Source: Torpedo marmorata (Eukaryota). Taken from it: DNA of 64,000 bases. The translations under genes were made by a program, and so were the position numbers. Numbering within the stretch: position 1 is the first letter of the stretch; the number at the start of each line of letters is the position of its first letter. Below, one piece after another: positions 37,728 to 49,361 of this stretch. The stretch is taken from NCBI GenBank assembly GCA_977017645.1, contig OZ360235.1, positions 39,060,001 through 39,124,000 on the forward strand, written 5' to 3'. Below the pieces are notes generated by a model. It had not been told where the DNA came from. It was given only the letters and a program-made list of their open reading frames with translations, and searched no databases.

Positions 37728-38665
37728 CACTAGACAATGAAGATTTTGCTTCCTGAACACTTTGGGTGTACTTTATGAATTTTGGGCTGCTAATCACGAA
37801 AATCACCTTAAAATTTTCATATTGTACCGTTTTTAAGATATCACCTATTTTTGTGATTTCCTGTCATATTTTAAGTCTACTTCAAGCATACAAAACCATA
37901 AATATCATTTATTTTTGAAGGTATGGAGCCCATATACAAAAACTGTGGGTTTAAGGATTTGAAGATCTCTTGATATCGGGTCTGACTGGCGAACCTGTGT
38001 TCCACAATAAAATTAATTTAATAGTTGTTTATTTTAGAATGACATTCTCCACACTCTATTCTTTTTTCTTTCTTTTTTAGTAGAGTAGAGAGGGTGGGTG
38101 GGTTAGGGAGGGGGAAGGGAGGGAGGGGAGTGTGAAAATATATCGCATGTATTTTGATAATTTTGTATTTTATAAACATGTATTATCGTGTGATTTAAAA
38201 TTTTAAATAAAATATTTTTTTAAAAAAATACAAAACCATGAAGTGCAACATGTCATTGAAAATTCATTTTCTGCATTCGCACTTCGACCTTCCCTGCTGA
38301 TCTTGGTGCAGTCAGTGACGAACATGGTGAAAGGTTTCACCAGGACATTGCAACCATGGAAAAGCAGTATCAGGGCAACTGGAATCCATCAATGATGGCT
38401 GACTATTGTTGGACACTGGCACGAGAGGCATCAGAAGCTGAGTACAAACAAAAATCAGTGGCAAAACATTTTTAGGTCTAACGCAATGTGTCAGCATCAT
38501 TATGCGATTAAACGTGCTAAATTCAAAGTTAATTTAATGTTTCTCCAACTTCCAAATGATACAGCAAATCTGAAATTATCTTTGTGTTCAGCTTGAAATT
38601 GTCTATCATAATCTCCCATTTGTTTTCAGGAAGCAAACCTTTTGAAAAAAAATTGTTGTCCAGTG
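37728..38665 (+). mobile_element. CMC/Chapaev3-type DNA transposon, internally deleted
   Basis: CAC...GTG termini, imperfect TIR CACTRGACAA...TTTGCTTCCTGAA and 3-bp TSD TAA. Transposase C-terminal remnant MSLKIHFLHSH..FPADLGAVSDEHGERFHQDIATMEKQYQGNWNPSMMADYCW at ~38250-38420. Confidence 0.8.
37900..38227 (+). mobile_element. Short L1 (family B) 3' end inside the Chapaev element
   Basis: 12-bp TSD ATACAAAACCAT (37888-37899, 38228-38239). Similar to 57040-57370. Confidence 0.9.
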
Positions 38666-38668
38666 TAA

Positions 38669-38850
38669 ACATTTCTCAATCCATGTAAATATGTTACTTC
38701 CCATTCCACATGCTCTAATCTTGTTAATCAACCTCTTGTGTGGGACCTTGTTGAGTAACTTCCGAAAATTGAAGTGCACCACATTAACGGGTTCTTCATT
38801 ATCTATTATTTTATTCACATTCTCGAAGAACTCTAGCAGATTACTTCAAC
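38669..38850 (-). mobile_element. Old CR1 RT fragment (other pieces at ~35740-35935, ~36710-36780, ~37580-37725)
   Basis: EPVNVVHFNF.K..NKVPHKRLINKIRACG peptide. Confidence 0.7.
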
Positions 38851-39020
38851 ATGGGTCATACATTATTCATACATTCAATTACAAAAGCACACAACTATAT
38901 TTTGCATTTGATTTTAAAAGTGATACGAAATACGTTGTCTTTTCCAAATCATTGAGTTTGCTTTTAAATATAATATATTTGATACATCAGCCAAAACGTG
39001 TTTTTCTCAGATTCTTTACT

Positions 39021-39825
39021 CATTTGGATGCAGTATAATGTGGATAAATGTGAGGTTATCCACTTTGGTGGCAAGAACAGGAAAGCAGATTATTATCTGA
39101 ATGGTGGCCGATGAGGAAAAGGAGAGGTGCAACGAGACCTGGTTGTCATTGTACACCAGTCTTTGAAAGTGGGCATGCAGGTACAGCAGGTAGTGAAAAA
39201 GGTGAATGGTATGTTGGCATTTATAGCAAGGGGATTCGAGTACAGGAGCAGGGAGGTTCTGCTGCAGTTGTACAGGGCCTTGGTGAGACCACACCTGGAG
39301 TATTGTGTACAGTTTTGGTCTCCTAATCTGAGGAAAGACATTCTTGCCATAGAGGGTGTGCAGAGAAGATTCACCAGATTGATTCCTGGGATGGCAGGAC
39401 TTTCATATGAAGAAAGACTTGGCCGACTAGGCTTATACTCGCTGGAATTTTGAAGATTGAGGGGGGATCTTATTGAAACATGTAAAATTCTTAAGGGATT
39501 GGATAGGCTAGATGCAGGAAGATTGTTCCCGATGTTGGGAAAGTCTAGAACCAGGGGTCACAGTTTAAGGATAAGGGGGAAATCTTTTAGGACTGAGATG
39601 AGGAAAAATTTCTTCACACAGAGTGGTGAATCAGTGGAATTCTCTGCCACAGGAAACAGTCGAGGCCACTTCATTGGCTATATTTAAGAGGGAGTTAGAT
39701 GTGGTCCTTGTGGCTAAGGGGATCAGGGGGTATGGTGAGAAAGCAGGTACAGGGGATTGAGTTGGATGATCAGCCATGATCATACTGAATGGCCTACTCC
39801 TGCACCTATTTTCTATTAGTTTCAT
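39021..39825 (+). mobile_element. CR1 3' fragment
   Basis: LVRPHLEYCVQFWSP and RGDLIET peptides. Closely similar to 18350-19163. Confidence 0.92.
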
Positions 39826-40429
39826 TTTTTATACATTATTCATTTGTTGAAACCTCTGTATAATATTGAAGAAACACAAAGAATAGATGTTTAACAATGA
39901 TTTAAATCTGTGAATCCATGCATTGCTTAATTTACAATAATCTGTTCTACATGCAGACATTACTGTGTCCTGGCATTATTATGTTCTATTTTTGACATTT
40001 GTGTTTTGGCTATTTTCTTTAAAAGGAGTTTAACATTTTAAAGTGTATTAAAATGCTGAGATTTGGTTTAGCAGATAAGGAACTGAATCCTGAAATTGAC
40101 AACTGCTTGAGATTGTGGACTTGTTGGCAATGTTACACCTCTTCAAGGAGGCTTTGAGATACTCTCCTTTGCCAATTAAGCTTCAGGGCAATTGCTTTAT
40201 CTTTTCCTCTGGTAATGATTTCCCATTACAAGTGTATGGAACAATGTGTTCATTCTGGCATGCAAAAAATATGACCTTCCTAATGTCGGCTACTGAATGT
40301 AATTAGATCTCAATGCTGTGGATGTTGTTCAGGGAGAGGTCAATGTTGTTCGCTTATCCTTCCAGTGAATTTGGATGATTTTGTGGAGAGTGGTGGTGGC
40401 ATTTTTTCAGTGTATTAAGCTTGATCCAG

Positions 40430-41090
40430 ATAGTTCCAGACAAGATATCCTCCCTGAATTACAATATCGATTCTGTCTATCTGGAGGCACAATGGGCATA
40501 ATCTTGTATATGAAAACTCCCACCAAAAACCTGCAAGGAAGAATACCAGCCACTATAATTATATTTTTCAACCTCAGTAAAGCTTTTGACTCCATCAGAC
40601 ATTAGAAGACTATCGAACATCCTCCTCCATTTTGGCTCCATCTTACATTTGCTCCAGAACAAAACTGAAACCACGATATTAACAGGTCTAAAACAGAACC
40701 AATCTCTGAAGACTGACCTAAACATTTTCTCAAAGTTTTCTGTGCAATATAACAACCTTCCTGTGAGGCTGGAGCAGGGAAGCTGTTCAAACTATGCTGA
40801 CCATATTCCAGAACCAAACCTTACGAACCAAATGCAGTGTGCAGATAATGCATGTTTTTGTGCATGCTCCAAGCCATGATTGCCACTTTCACTGACACTT
40901 ACATGAATCTGCGTCTTGATCATCATACAGTGGTCTTCTACTAACCTGCGCCTTTTGCACCATACTCTTTTGACAATAGAGGTACATGGGGAGTTCCTGG
41001 TAAACGTGAAACACTTCCTACCTCTGAAGATATTGTTGAAGAAATTCACCACTGCTTTCAGCGTGATTGAGGAAAATGGCATTTCAAGGA
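40430..41090 (+). mobile_element. Degraded RTE-like LINE RT remnant
   Basis: F.NLSKAFDSI and Q(C/Y)ADNACFCA peptides. Confidence 0.55.
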
Positions 41091-41098
41091 TACTTCAG

Positions 41099-42520
41099 AA
41101 GAGTGCAGTAACCTGCCTTAACGACTATTGACCAGTAGCACTTACATCAACAGTGATGAAGTGTTTTGAAAGGCTGGTGATGAAGCATATCAGCTCCTGT
41201 CTGAGCGGTGACATGGATCCATTCCAGTTCGCTTATCGCGGCAACAGGTCTACGGCGGATGCCATCTCACTGGCCCTACACAAAGCCCTGGAACACCTGG
41301 ACAGCAAAGATGCATACATCAGCATGCTCTTTATCGACTGCAGTTCAGTATTTAACACCATCATCCCCTTAAAACTGATCAGCAAACTCCAAGACCTGGG
41401 AGTTAACACCTCACTGTGTAATTGGATCATGGATTTCCTCACCTCCAGACCACAACAGTGAAGATTGGTAAGAACTTCTCCTCCACAATCTCCATCAGTA
41501 CCGGAGCACCACAGGGCTGTGTTCTTAGCCCCGTGCTCTACTCACTTTACACCTACGACTGTGTAGCATGGTATGACAATAACACCATCTACAAATTTGC
41601 TGACGGATACCATGGTAGTAGGTTGTATAAAGGAAGGGGATGAGTCAGCATTCAGGATGGAGATTGAAAATCTGGCAGAATGGTGCACCAAAAACAACCT
41701 TGCACTCAATGTCACCAAAACTAAGGAGCTGATTGTTGACTTCAGGAAGGGAAAGCCGGAGGTATACAATCCAGTGATCATTGGGGGATCAGAGGTGGAG
41801 AGGGTGAGCAAATTTAGGTTCCTGGGAGTCACTATCTCGGAGGATCTTTCCTGGACACAACACACCAATGGCATCGTGAAGAAAGCACGTCAGCGCCTCT
41901 ACTTCCTCAGGAGCTTGCAGAGGTTTGGTATGTCACCAGAAACCCTGGCAAATTTCGACAGATGTGTGGTGGAAAGTATGCTGACCGGCTACATCACAGT
42001 CTGGTATGGGAACACCAATACCCCTGAGCGTAAAGCCCTCCAAAAGGTAGTGGACACAGCCCAGGACATTACTGGCAAAACCTTCCCCACTATTGCGAAC
42101 ATCTGCAGGGAATGCTGCCGTTGGAGGGCAGCAGCAATCATCAAAGACCCACACCACCCAGCGCACGCTCTGTTCTCGCTACTGCCATCAGGAGAGAGGT
42201 ATAGGTGCCACAAGACTCACACCACCAGGTTTAGAAACAGCTGCTACCCCTCTACCATGAGAATCCTCAACGACAAAGTCAAATCAGAGACTCATTTAAG
42301 GACTCTTGTGCACTTTATTGATTTTTCTTTGCTCTTTCTGTATTGCACAGTCAGTTTCATTCGTTACCTGTTAGCAGTTCTTTTGATTGTTTACATGTTT
42401 ACGTTGTGTAGTTTGCTTTTTGCACTACCAATTAGTGGTAATTCTGCTGCGCCTGCAGGAAAAAAGAATCTCAGGGCTGTATGTGACGTCACGTATGTAC
42501 TCAGACAATAAATCTGAAAT
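41099..42520 (+). mobile_element. Rex1/Babar-like non-LTR retrotransposon (RT and 3' end)
   Basis: [40 protein letters not shown] and KKARQRLYFLR peptides. Ends AATAAATCTGAAAT. Confidence 0.9.
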
Positions 42521-42759
42521 GGGTAAGTTTACCGGTCAGCGATGATTCCTGTCCTCTCTGCCATTGAAGGTTGAACTAAGAAGCCTTCCTGCAGATTACT
42601 ATCAGTGGCATTTAGTTCTGAACCTGACCATGAAATGCGCCATGGTGACAACTGCTGCAGAAATAAAGAGCACGACCCGAGCAACTAAATGTTGTTTGCT
42701 ATCTGGAGACGTTTCATCTTTGATTTTTCTGGTATCTAATAACAAGCAAATCCTGCTCA

Positions 42760-43400
42760 CAATGTCGTCGCGGTGATTGTGTGACCAGCTGCAGATTTCC
42801 AGCAGGGTGGACTGCACAAAGGCTGTGACTGATATTTAAAGTGCAACTGCAGGTCGTGCACCGCCCTCCTCGACAGCGCTGCAGAACACCTTTGTGTGAC
42901 ACCACGCATCAAAAGGTGATGTTCACGGGTGGGTTTTCCTTTCAACGGGGGTAAAGGCCGGGCTCTGTTTCACTGGGACGCGGGACAGCAAGCAACACCC
43001 GCCCCGGCCCCGGGAGTGGGCGGGACAGGAGAGAGGAAGTGACGACACGTGTTTCCGGGCGGGGTCAGTGAAGGCACGGGGCCTGCGTCCGTTAAACGGT
43101 AACTGTTGGGGCCAGGGTGACGGCGCCGCAAATGCGTGGCTTTTACTTTTCGTTCTTCTCCGCCGTGTGGGACTTGCTGGTGCAGCCGTGGGCTCGGCCC
43201 CCCGTGCCCGCGAGGGAAGGCCGCTGCTTGGCTGGGTTGCTGCCAGCTTTCTCCCGGCCCCTCCGTCCGCCTCATGCCGGCTCAACCTCTCCCTGGATCC
43301 CGAGCCGCGCTCTCCTTCCCCCGCCCCCACTAAAGTTCAGTCCAACCACCCTTCTCTTTGCCAATCTCTCCTCTCAGGACCGCTGTGCCCATTTTGCTGC
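42760..43400 (+). promoter_or_regulatory. IMMP2L: CpG-island promoter of IMMP2L
   Basis: Strongly CpG/GC-rich non-repeat stretch in an AT-rich window. GC boxes (42998-43004, 43018-43023, 43057-43064), ETS site GGAAGTGACG (43035-43044), E-box CACGTG (43046-43051), reverse ETS site TTTCCGG (43052-43058). Lies about 3.7 kb upstream of the IMMP2L ATG exon. Confidence 0.8.
43040..43098 (+). other. IMMP2L: Putative non-coding exon 1 of IMMP2L (5' end uncertain)
   Basis: Donor-like ACG|GTAACT at 43098/43099 inside the CpG island. The ATG exon has its own acceptor 3 nt before the ATG, so an upstream UTR exon is required. Confidence 0.45.
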
Positions 43401-44199
43401 CATCCTTCCCCAGGCTCGGTACACCCCTCACCCTCTGCCACCTTTCTAGTCATCTATAATCCATGCCATCACCCTAGTCTCTCCGTACTCTTGCCATTAG
43501 GCTTTTTATGCCCGCCTGTTCACTAGGTATCTATGAGCTCCCTGTGCCTTCCTCTCCATTCCATCAAATTGGGTTTCTCTAGTCCTTGCCATCACCTCCA
43601 TGGATTTATATTGCTTTCATCCCCACATTTCTCCCATTCTCCACCCCCCCAAACTTTTGATACCACTTGTCACTAATCTCCCCTGCCTACCTCTGAGGCT
43701 TTGTCACCAGCTTTTTCTGTCCCCTGCTCCCAATGTCCTTCCCTGGTTCTGTGCCAACCTCCAACCTGAACATTTGTGCTCCTTTGCTCTCTGACTCATT
43801 GCCACCCCTGATTCTATTGCTGTTGCCTCTCCTAGCGGAGCTCTGTTTTCACTTCCATTGGTTTCCACCAACCTTACCCTGCTCGTCCCTGTGCTGCTGT
43901 TACTCCCTGTGCCTACTGCGGTGCCAGGTTCCAACTGTCTTGCTCTTCTTGTCACATACCCCTCCTTGCCATCATGGTGCTCCTTTATGCCTATCAGTTA
44001 CCCATCTTTCCATCACCCACCCTTCCTTCACCTCTGCTTGCTTTTGCTCTCAATTGTTAAATTAAAAATGAGTAAATATCCTTTCAGCACAATGGTCTAT
44101 CACAGTTTCTTTTCAAGTTTAGACAGTTCTTTTAAGTTGCAGGACACTTACCTATTGAGACTGGGATATAAACAGAGTTCCTAACTGATTTCCAAACAG

Positions 44200-44650
44200 T
44201 CTTCTTCGGCCATCCCTGAGGATTGACGATGATTTCCACTCTGGTTTTGAAATAGCCAGTGAGGCCAATGTTGGAACTAAGCACTATTGCACTGATGGGA
44301 GCAGGTGATGGCCAATGGGCTTGTGGGTGGATTGTGAGATGCTCTGCTGCTTAAAGTAAAGGAACATGCACACGTCAATCTTGAGGGCATATGTTGAGAG
44401 CATACAGGGTTTCCATGAGCTCTCAACAAATGGCCTTGAAGTTTGTGCCAGCATGTTGCTTACTTTGAACAATCATTAGCCAGAGATTCCTTAGAGTCAA
44501 TGGAGATGTTTCATTTCTTCCAGGTTTTGAGCATATCCTTAGCTGTTCTTTCGTCTATGTTTCCCTGGTAACTTCTTCCCATGTCAGAACTCAGAATGAT
44601 GCACTTTTTGGGAGTCGGATGTCAGGCATGGTTTGAGGATAGCTTGATTT
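44200..44650 (-). mobile_element. Degraded RTE-like LINE fragment
   Basis: RTE-like 3'-end wording (CTTCTTCGGCCATCCCTGAGGATTGACGATGA). Highly decayed. Confidence 0.4.
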
Positions 44651-46780
44651 TCCATGATTAATTGAATGCAAGACCCAACATTAAAGATTTACTTCAATAT
44701 TATTTTGCCAATTTATATGTGAAAACCTATTGTACAATAAAAAAACTTCAAACTCTTACATGTAGTGTCACTGTGAACATTGATATACATCTGGTTGATT
44801 TCAAGATTTTTGCACTTCATTTGTACCTACCATTACCTTCTCAAATCATAAATGCTTTAATGTGAACCATCAGCTTTTGCTTCATAGCAGTGTGTTCATA
44901 GAGCGGACTATACAGTCACACCTTTAAATTCAAATACAACATTAATGCCAAACTGATTTAGATCATGCTTAATTTTAATTGTATGAGCCCAGTTATTTAT
45001 AAGTTATTCTCACTATTCTTCATTGATGACTCATTCATGACTGAAGGTTATGGACACGTTCCATTACAGGGCTCTGAGTATGAAATCCAGGCTGATAGTG
45101 CAGATTGCGGGGATGCTATGCTGATGTCAGCTTTCAGGCGGCACATTATTCCAACATTCCTAGGGTTAGAATTAAAAAGATTGTGACATTATTTGTAAAA
45201 GAGATGGAGAATTCTTACAGATGTCCTTGCCCTTAACCAAAATGCGAAACAGATTTTCTTGTCATTACCACATTGTTATTTCTGTACATAAGTACATTGT
45301 ACAATGTGTATGACAAAATCATCATTTGTAGAGCCATGCTTTGTGCAAAGTTGCTTCTGTTTTTCTAACTTTACAGCAGTGGCTGCATTTCAAAAGTACT
45401 TTATTAGCTTCAAAGTACTTGAACGGTGGGACATAAATGCAAATCTTAAATTTAGCATCTCATTTATATTTTGATTCTGCTTTCAATTAAAGCAGTTGGG
45501 AACTATTATTCTCTCACTTTTTAACAATATGCTTTGATCTGAGTAGTACCTGATTATATTATTCGTAACTCAAAAAAGTAGCTTTGATTCAGGCCATGAG
45601 CTAAAACTATGTTAGAGAACTTTGCAGCCCAGCAGCATTAAACCCATTTTAAACACCTTTTATTTGTTCTAATAAATAAAAAGAAATATTTGAGATGTGG
45701 GACAGAAGCTCGCTGGTCAGGGCAGTTGAAGGTCATGCAATAAAATTTTAAGGAATACATGTTACCAAATTATTAACTGCTAAAAGCATTCATATACTCA
45801 AGTTTGTATTCTCAATATACATTCTCAGAGAATTGGATTTAATCTGTTTATTCAGAAATTTTACACTATGTTTTTAAATTTAGATCCCACCATAAACACT
45901 AAAGTGAAAGCATTTGATGTATGACATCAAGCTGTTGGATGAACTTAGTTTAAGGTATAAGGTCATGTATGAAACCAGCTGGAATCCGAAACCAGAGTTG
46001 TGAAGCCTTGTTGAATGCTTTGTTTTTCAAGGTAGGTTGTACTTATGCAACATAGGTTATGGTAAATTGTTGATTTTTATGTAAAAATAAAATGGGCCCA
46101 GAAAACATTGAAATGCATGTCAAGAATTTGGATGTGTTAGATCCTGACATTTGAAGTCTGACAAACCTTTGGATGGGATGAGGGGCCATGCTTAATTTTA
46201 TGCCCTAAATTGTCAGTTATACATTTCATAATTTTTCTTGTCGTGCAGGAAAGGTGGGCAATACAAAGATGGGCAAAACTATTCTGATTGAAGATAGATG
46301 GGTGCTATTTAATGTGCTGTTCAGTATCATGGATGGAGATGGAATCAGTGGTATGATCATCAGGATTATCAATAAGGGTAAGCCAGCAAGGGAGAATGCA
46401 TTCCTATGGTCTGTCAGTCATTGAGTAGTTTCTGTTTTAAGATAGCCTGGATTAATTGTAGGCATCAGGAATGTTCAGGATTGCAGAGGGGCTTTGATGG
46501 AGATAGATTTGGGGATGGTCTAGTGAAGATCTAGCAAAGTGAAGATTCAGTTCCAGTCAAAATTGTACTGACACAACCTAGTGATTGACAGTAAATTATT
46601 TCTTTTTTTTGGTCAATTTATGACGTGATATCTGAATCTATAATCACACTTCTTCATGTTGTTATCATATTCAGCTTGTATTAAAATGCAGATTGTTACA
46701 CGTGCCTTGGTGAGCAGGAAACCAAAAGTTGACTTGAAACTATACTGAGAACTTGCATTGTAATTTTGTTTTTTCAGATA

Positions 46781-46915
46781 ATGGGACGTGGAACTATTTT
46801 TGGCAAACGATACCTAAAAGCCTTTGTTAGTGGTTTCTTTGTTGCCATTCCAGTCACCGTGACATTCCTGGATCGTGTAGCCTACATTGCAAGAGTAGAG
46901 GGTGCTTCAATGCAG
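46781..46915 (+). CDS. IMMP2L: IMMP2L first coding exon (mitochondrial inner membrane peptidase subunit 2, S26 family)
   Basis: ttcag|ATA ATG ... ATGCAG|gtactg. Reads [45 protein letters not shown], with a TM segment and catalytic Ser43 (GASMQP). Confidence 0.95.
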
Positions 46916-47159
46916 GTACTGTATACAAGATTTTTCATTGAACAAGAAAAGGAAGCAGTGCCAAAGAAATTTACATTTGGTTTGTATAATTACAGATTAT
47001 CAATTCATTACCTACCTCGTACGCATGTAAAAACTCATTGCTTGAAAGCAAATTGCGCTTTGTGATTCAGCTCATTCTGCCACAGAAATTATGTGACTGC
47101 TTTCTAGCTTTCGGTTCAAAGTATCTATGCCAGGCATTCAGCACTGAAAGACGTAGGAA

Positions 47160-47850
47160 CATGTGTGCAATACACAAATGTGCTGGAGAAACTCAGCAGG
47201 TCACGCAGGATCTACAGGAAGTAAATTGTAACCAAAGTTTCAGGCTTGAGCCTTTCATCAAGGTATGAGCAAAAAGCAGGCAGGCACCTGAATACAAAGG
47301 TGGAGGTGGAGGAGGAGAGGAGGGAAGAAGAAGCAGTGGGATGAGTGTAGGCTAAGAGGTCTTAGGTGGATCTGGTTGAGAGGGCAGAAGAGAAAAAATA
47401 TGATGGTGAGGTGGTAGCTCTCTGAATGGAGAGGGAAGTGGCTGGGGAGGTAGAGGAAAGGAGACAGAGGGATAGGGAAAGAGAGACTCGGGGAGGGGTT
47501 TAACGGAAACTGGAGAAGTCGATGTTAATGCCGTCTGGTTGGAGAGTGCCCAGACGGAATATTAGGTGTTGTTCCTCCAATTTGCGGGTAGCCTCGGTTT
47601 GGCAGTGCATGAGGCCATGGATAGATCTGTCGGTGTGTGAATGGGGTGTGGAATTAAAATGATTGGCCACGGGGAGGTCCCTGTTTTTGTCGAGGATAGA
47701 GCAAAAGTGCTCAACAAAATGATCTCACAGTCTGCATCCAGTCTCTCCGATGCAGAGGAGGCTACAACGGGAGCACTGGATACAGTAGATGACCCCTGCA
47801 GATTCACAAGTGAAATGTTGCTTCACTTGGAAGGATTGTTTCAGTGGCTG
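47160..47850 (-). mobile_element. Penelope-like element 3' end (GIY-YIG endonuclease plus terminal repeat)
   Basis: Minus-strand translation 47850->47500: KQSFQVKQHFTCESAGVIYCIQCSRCSLLCIGETGCRL*DHFVEH...PVANHFN...RKLEEQHLIFRLGTLQPDGINIDFSSFR*. Confidence 0.9.
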
Positions 47851-48174
47851 GAATAAAGGAACTGAAAGGAATAATGTTTCTGTTGTTGCTGTCAATTTGT
47901 TACCATTTAAATTGTGGAAACATGAAAAAGTTTGAAAAATACAAATGCATATATAAGTAAGAATTTGATTAATGTTCCATTAATATTCTGCATGTGGTTC
48001 ACTCATTTATTATTTTTTCTACAGTTTTGCTAATACAATTTTGTGGCATAGTTTATTACTCCAAGGCTATGAAGTTGCTGTTATGATATATTTTCCTTGA
48101 ATTAGCAGTGAACTTCCCACAATTATTACTGCCCTACACACTGTCCATTTAATTATTGTGGAGCTCCAAGAACA

Positions 48175-48310
48175 AATTCCTGATGAAAGGTTTTGACCCA
48201 AAACGTTGACCATCTATTGCCTTCCATGGATGCAGCCTGACCCAATGAATTCCTCCAGCATTTTTGGTGTTGCTCCAGTTTTCCAGCATCTGCAGTCTCA
48301 TTTGTTTACC
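48175..48310 (+). mobile_element. Penelope terminal-repeat copy
   Basis: CCTGATGAAAGGTTTTGACCCAAAACGTTGAC...TCCTCCAGCATTT...GCATCTGCAG. Confidence 0.7.
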
Positions 48311-48486
48311 TTTACAACAAATTGCTGACAATTTCTTGCTTGGCACCAAGGTTACGCTATTGTAGGGCCTTCCATGCAAAAATTCCAATACATTGGGAAT
48401 ATTGTGGATGGAGAGAGATGATCGGAACAAAATGGCACACAAAAATGCAAAGAAAAGCGTTAATGTCACTGACGTTCATAAGTATT

Positions 48487-48681
48487 TAAACCGACAACCC
48501 CCGTATGTTTGAAAAGTGGGAGAAACCGGAACACCCGGAAGAAACCCATGCAGACACGGGGAGAATGTATAAACTCCTTACAGACAGCGTGGGATTCGAA
48601 CCCCGGTTGCTGGTGCTGTATAATAGTGTTGCGCTAACTGCTACGCTAACCTTGCGGCCCGCTACACTAACCGTGTCACCC
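48487..48681 (-). mobile_element. V-SINE
   Basis: Minus-strand A box GTTAGCGTAGCAGTTAGCG, B box GGGGTTCGAATCCC and V-domain. Confidence 0.85.
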
Positions 48682-49361
48682 TAAAAAGATGTAGAATGAT
48701 TAAAATATAGTGCCTTGAAACGGTTCTAGTCAAATCAGGAGAGATGCTGCTCCTGTGCTTTGTCTGAGGAGGATAAACATGAAATATTAGATGAGATAAT
48801 TGTTTTGAGAGAGGAAGAGTTATGTGGTTTAGCAACTTTGAAAAAAAGATAAATTACGACTTGGATGAAATATATCTCAAGCTGAAGAGAAGTAATTGAG
48901 GAAAGTAGAGGCTTGGTTTATCATTTACAAATTCTCTCCTGCTACAGACATGCTGTTGGAGAATTGCGAAGGTCTTCTTGTTGCTTAAAAAGAAGGAAAA
49001 GGATAATCTGCATTATTACTACTATTCAGCCTTGTGTTGATGATGGGAACATTTTGGGAAAGGAAGATTATATCTATCAGTAGGCCTTTTTTTGTTTGGT
49101 AAAGTAACAAGTATCCTTCATGACTTTTGACTGGCTTCCACTAGTCTAAAAGATAAGAGCCCATAGATGTACAGGAAAGTTGAATCCAGAATTGGCTCAG
49201 TGACAGGAAGGAAGGCATAATTTTCATGGCTGTTTGTATTGAGGTTCTACAGGACTCAGTGTTACTTGAAGAAATCAAAAAGACAAGAGCTGTTGAATAG
49301 AGGAAGTGCGCTTGTCATTGTGGTCAGAAAAATGACTGTTGAAAGTTAACTCGTACAAGGG

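Noticed and set aside
42923-43526. Overlapping 100-150 aa ORFs on both strands
   Set aside because: Stop codons are depleted in a CpG island, the composition is low complexity, and no homology is recognisable.
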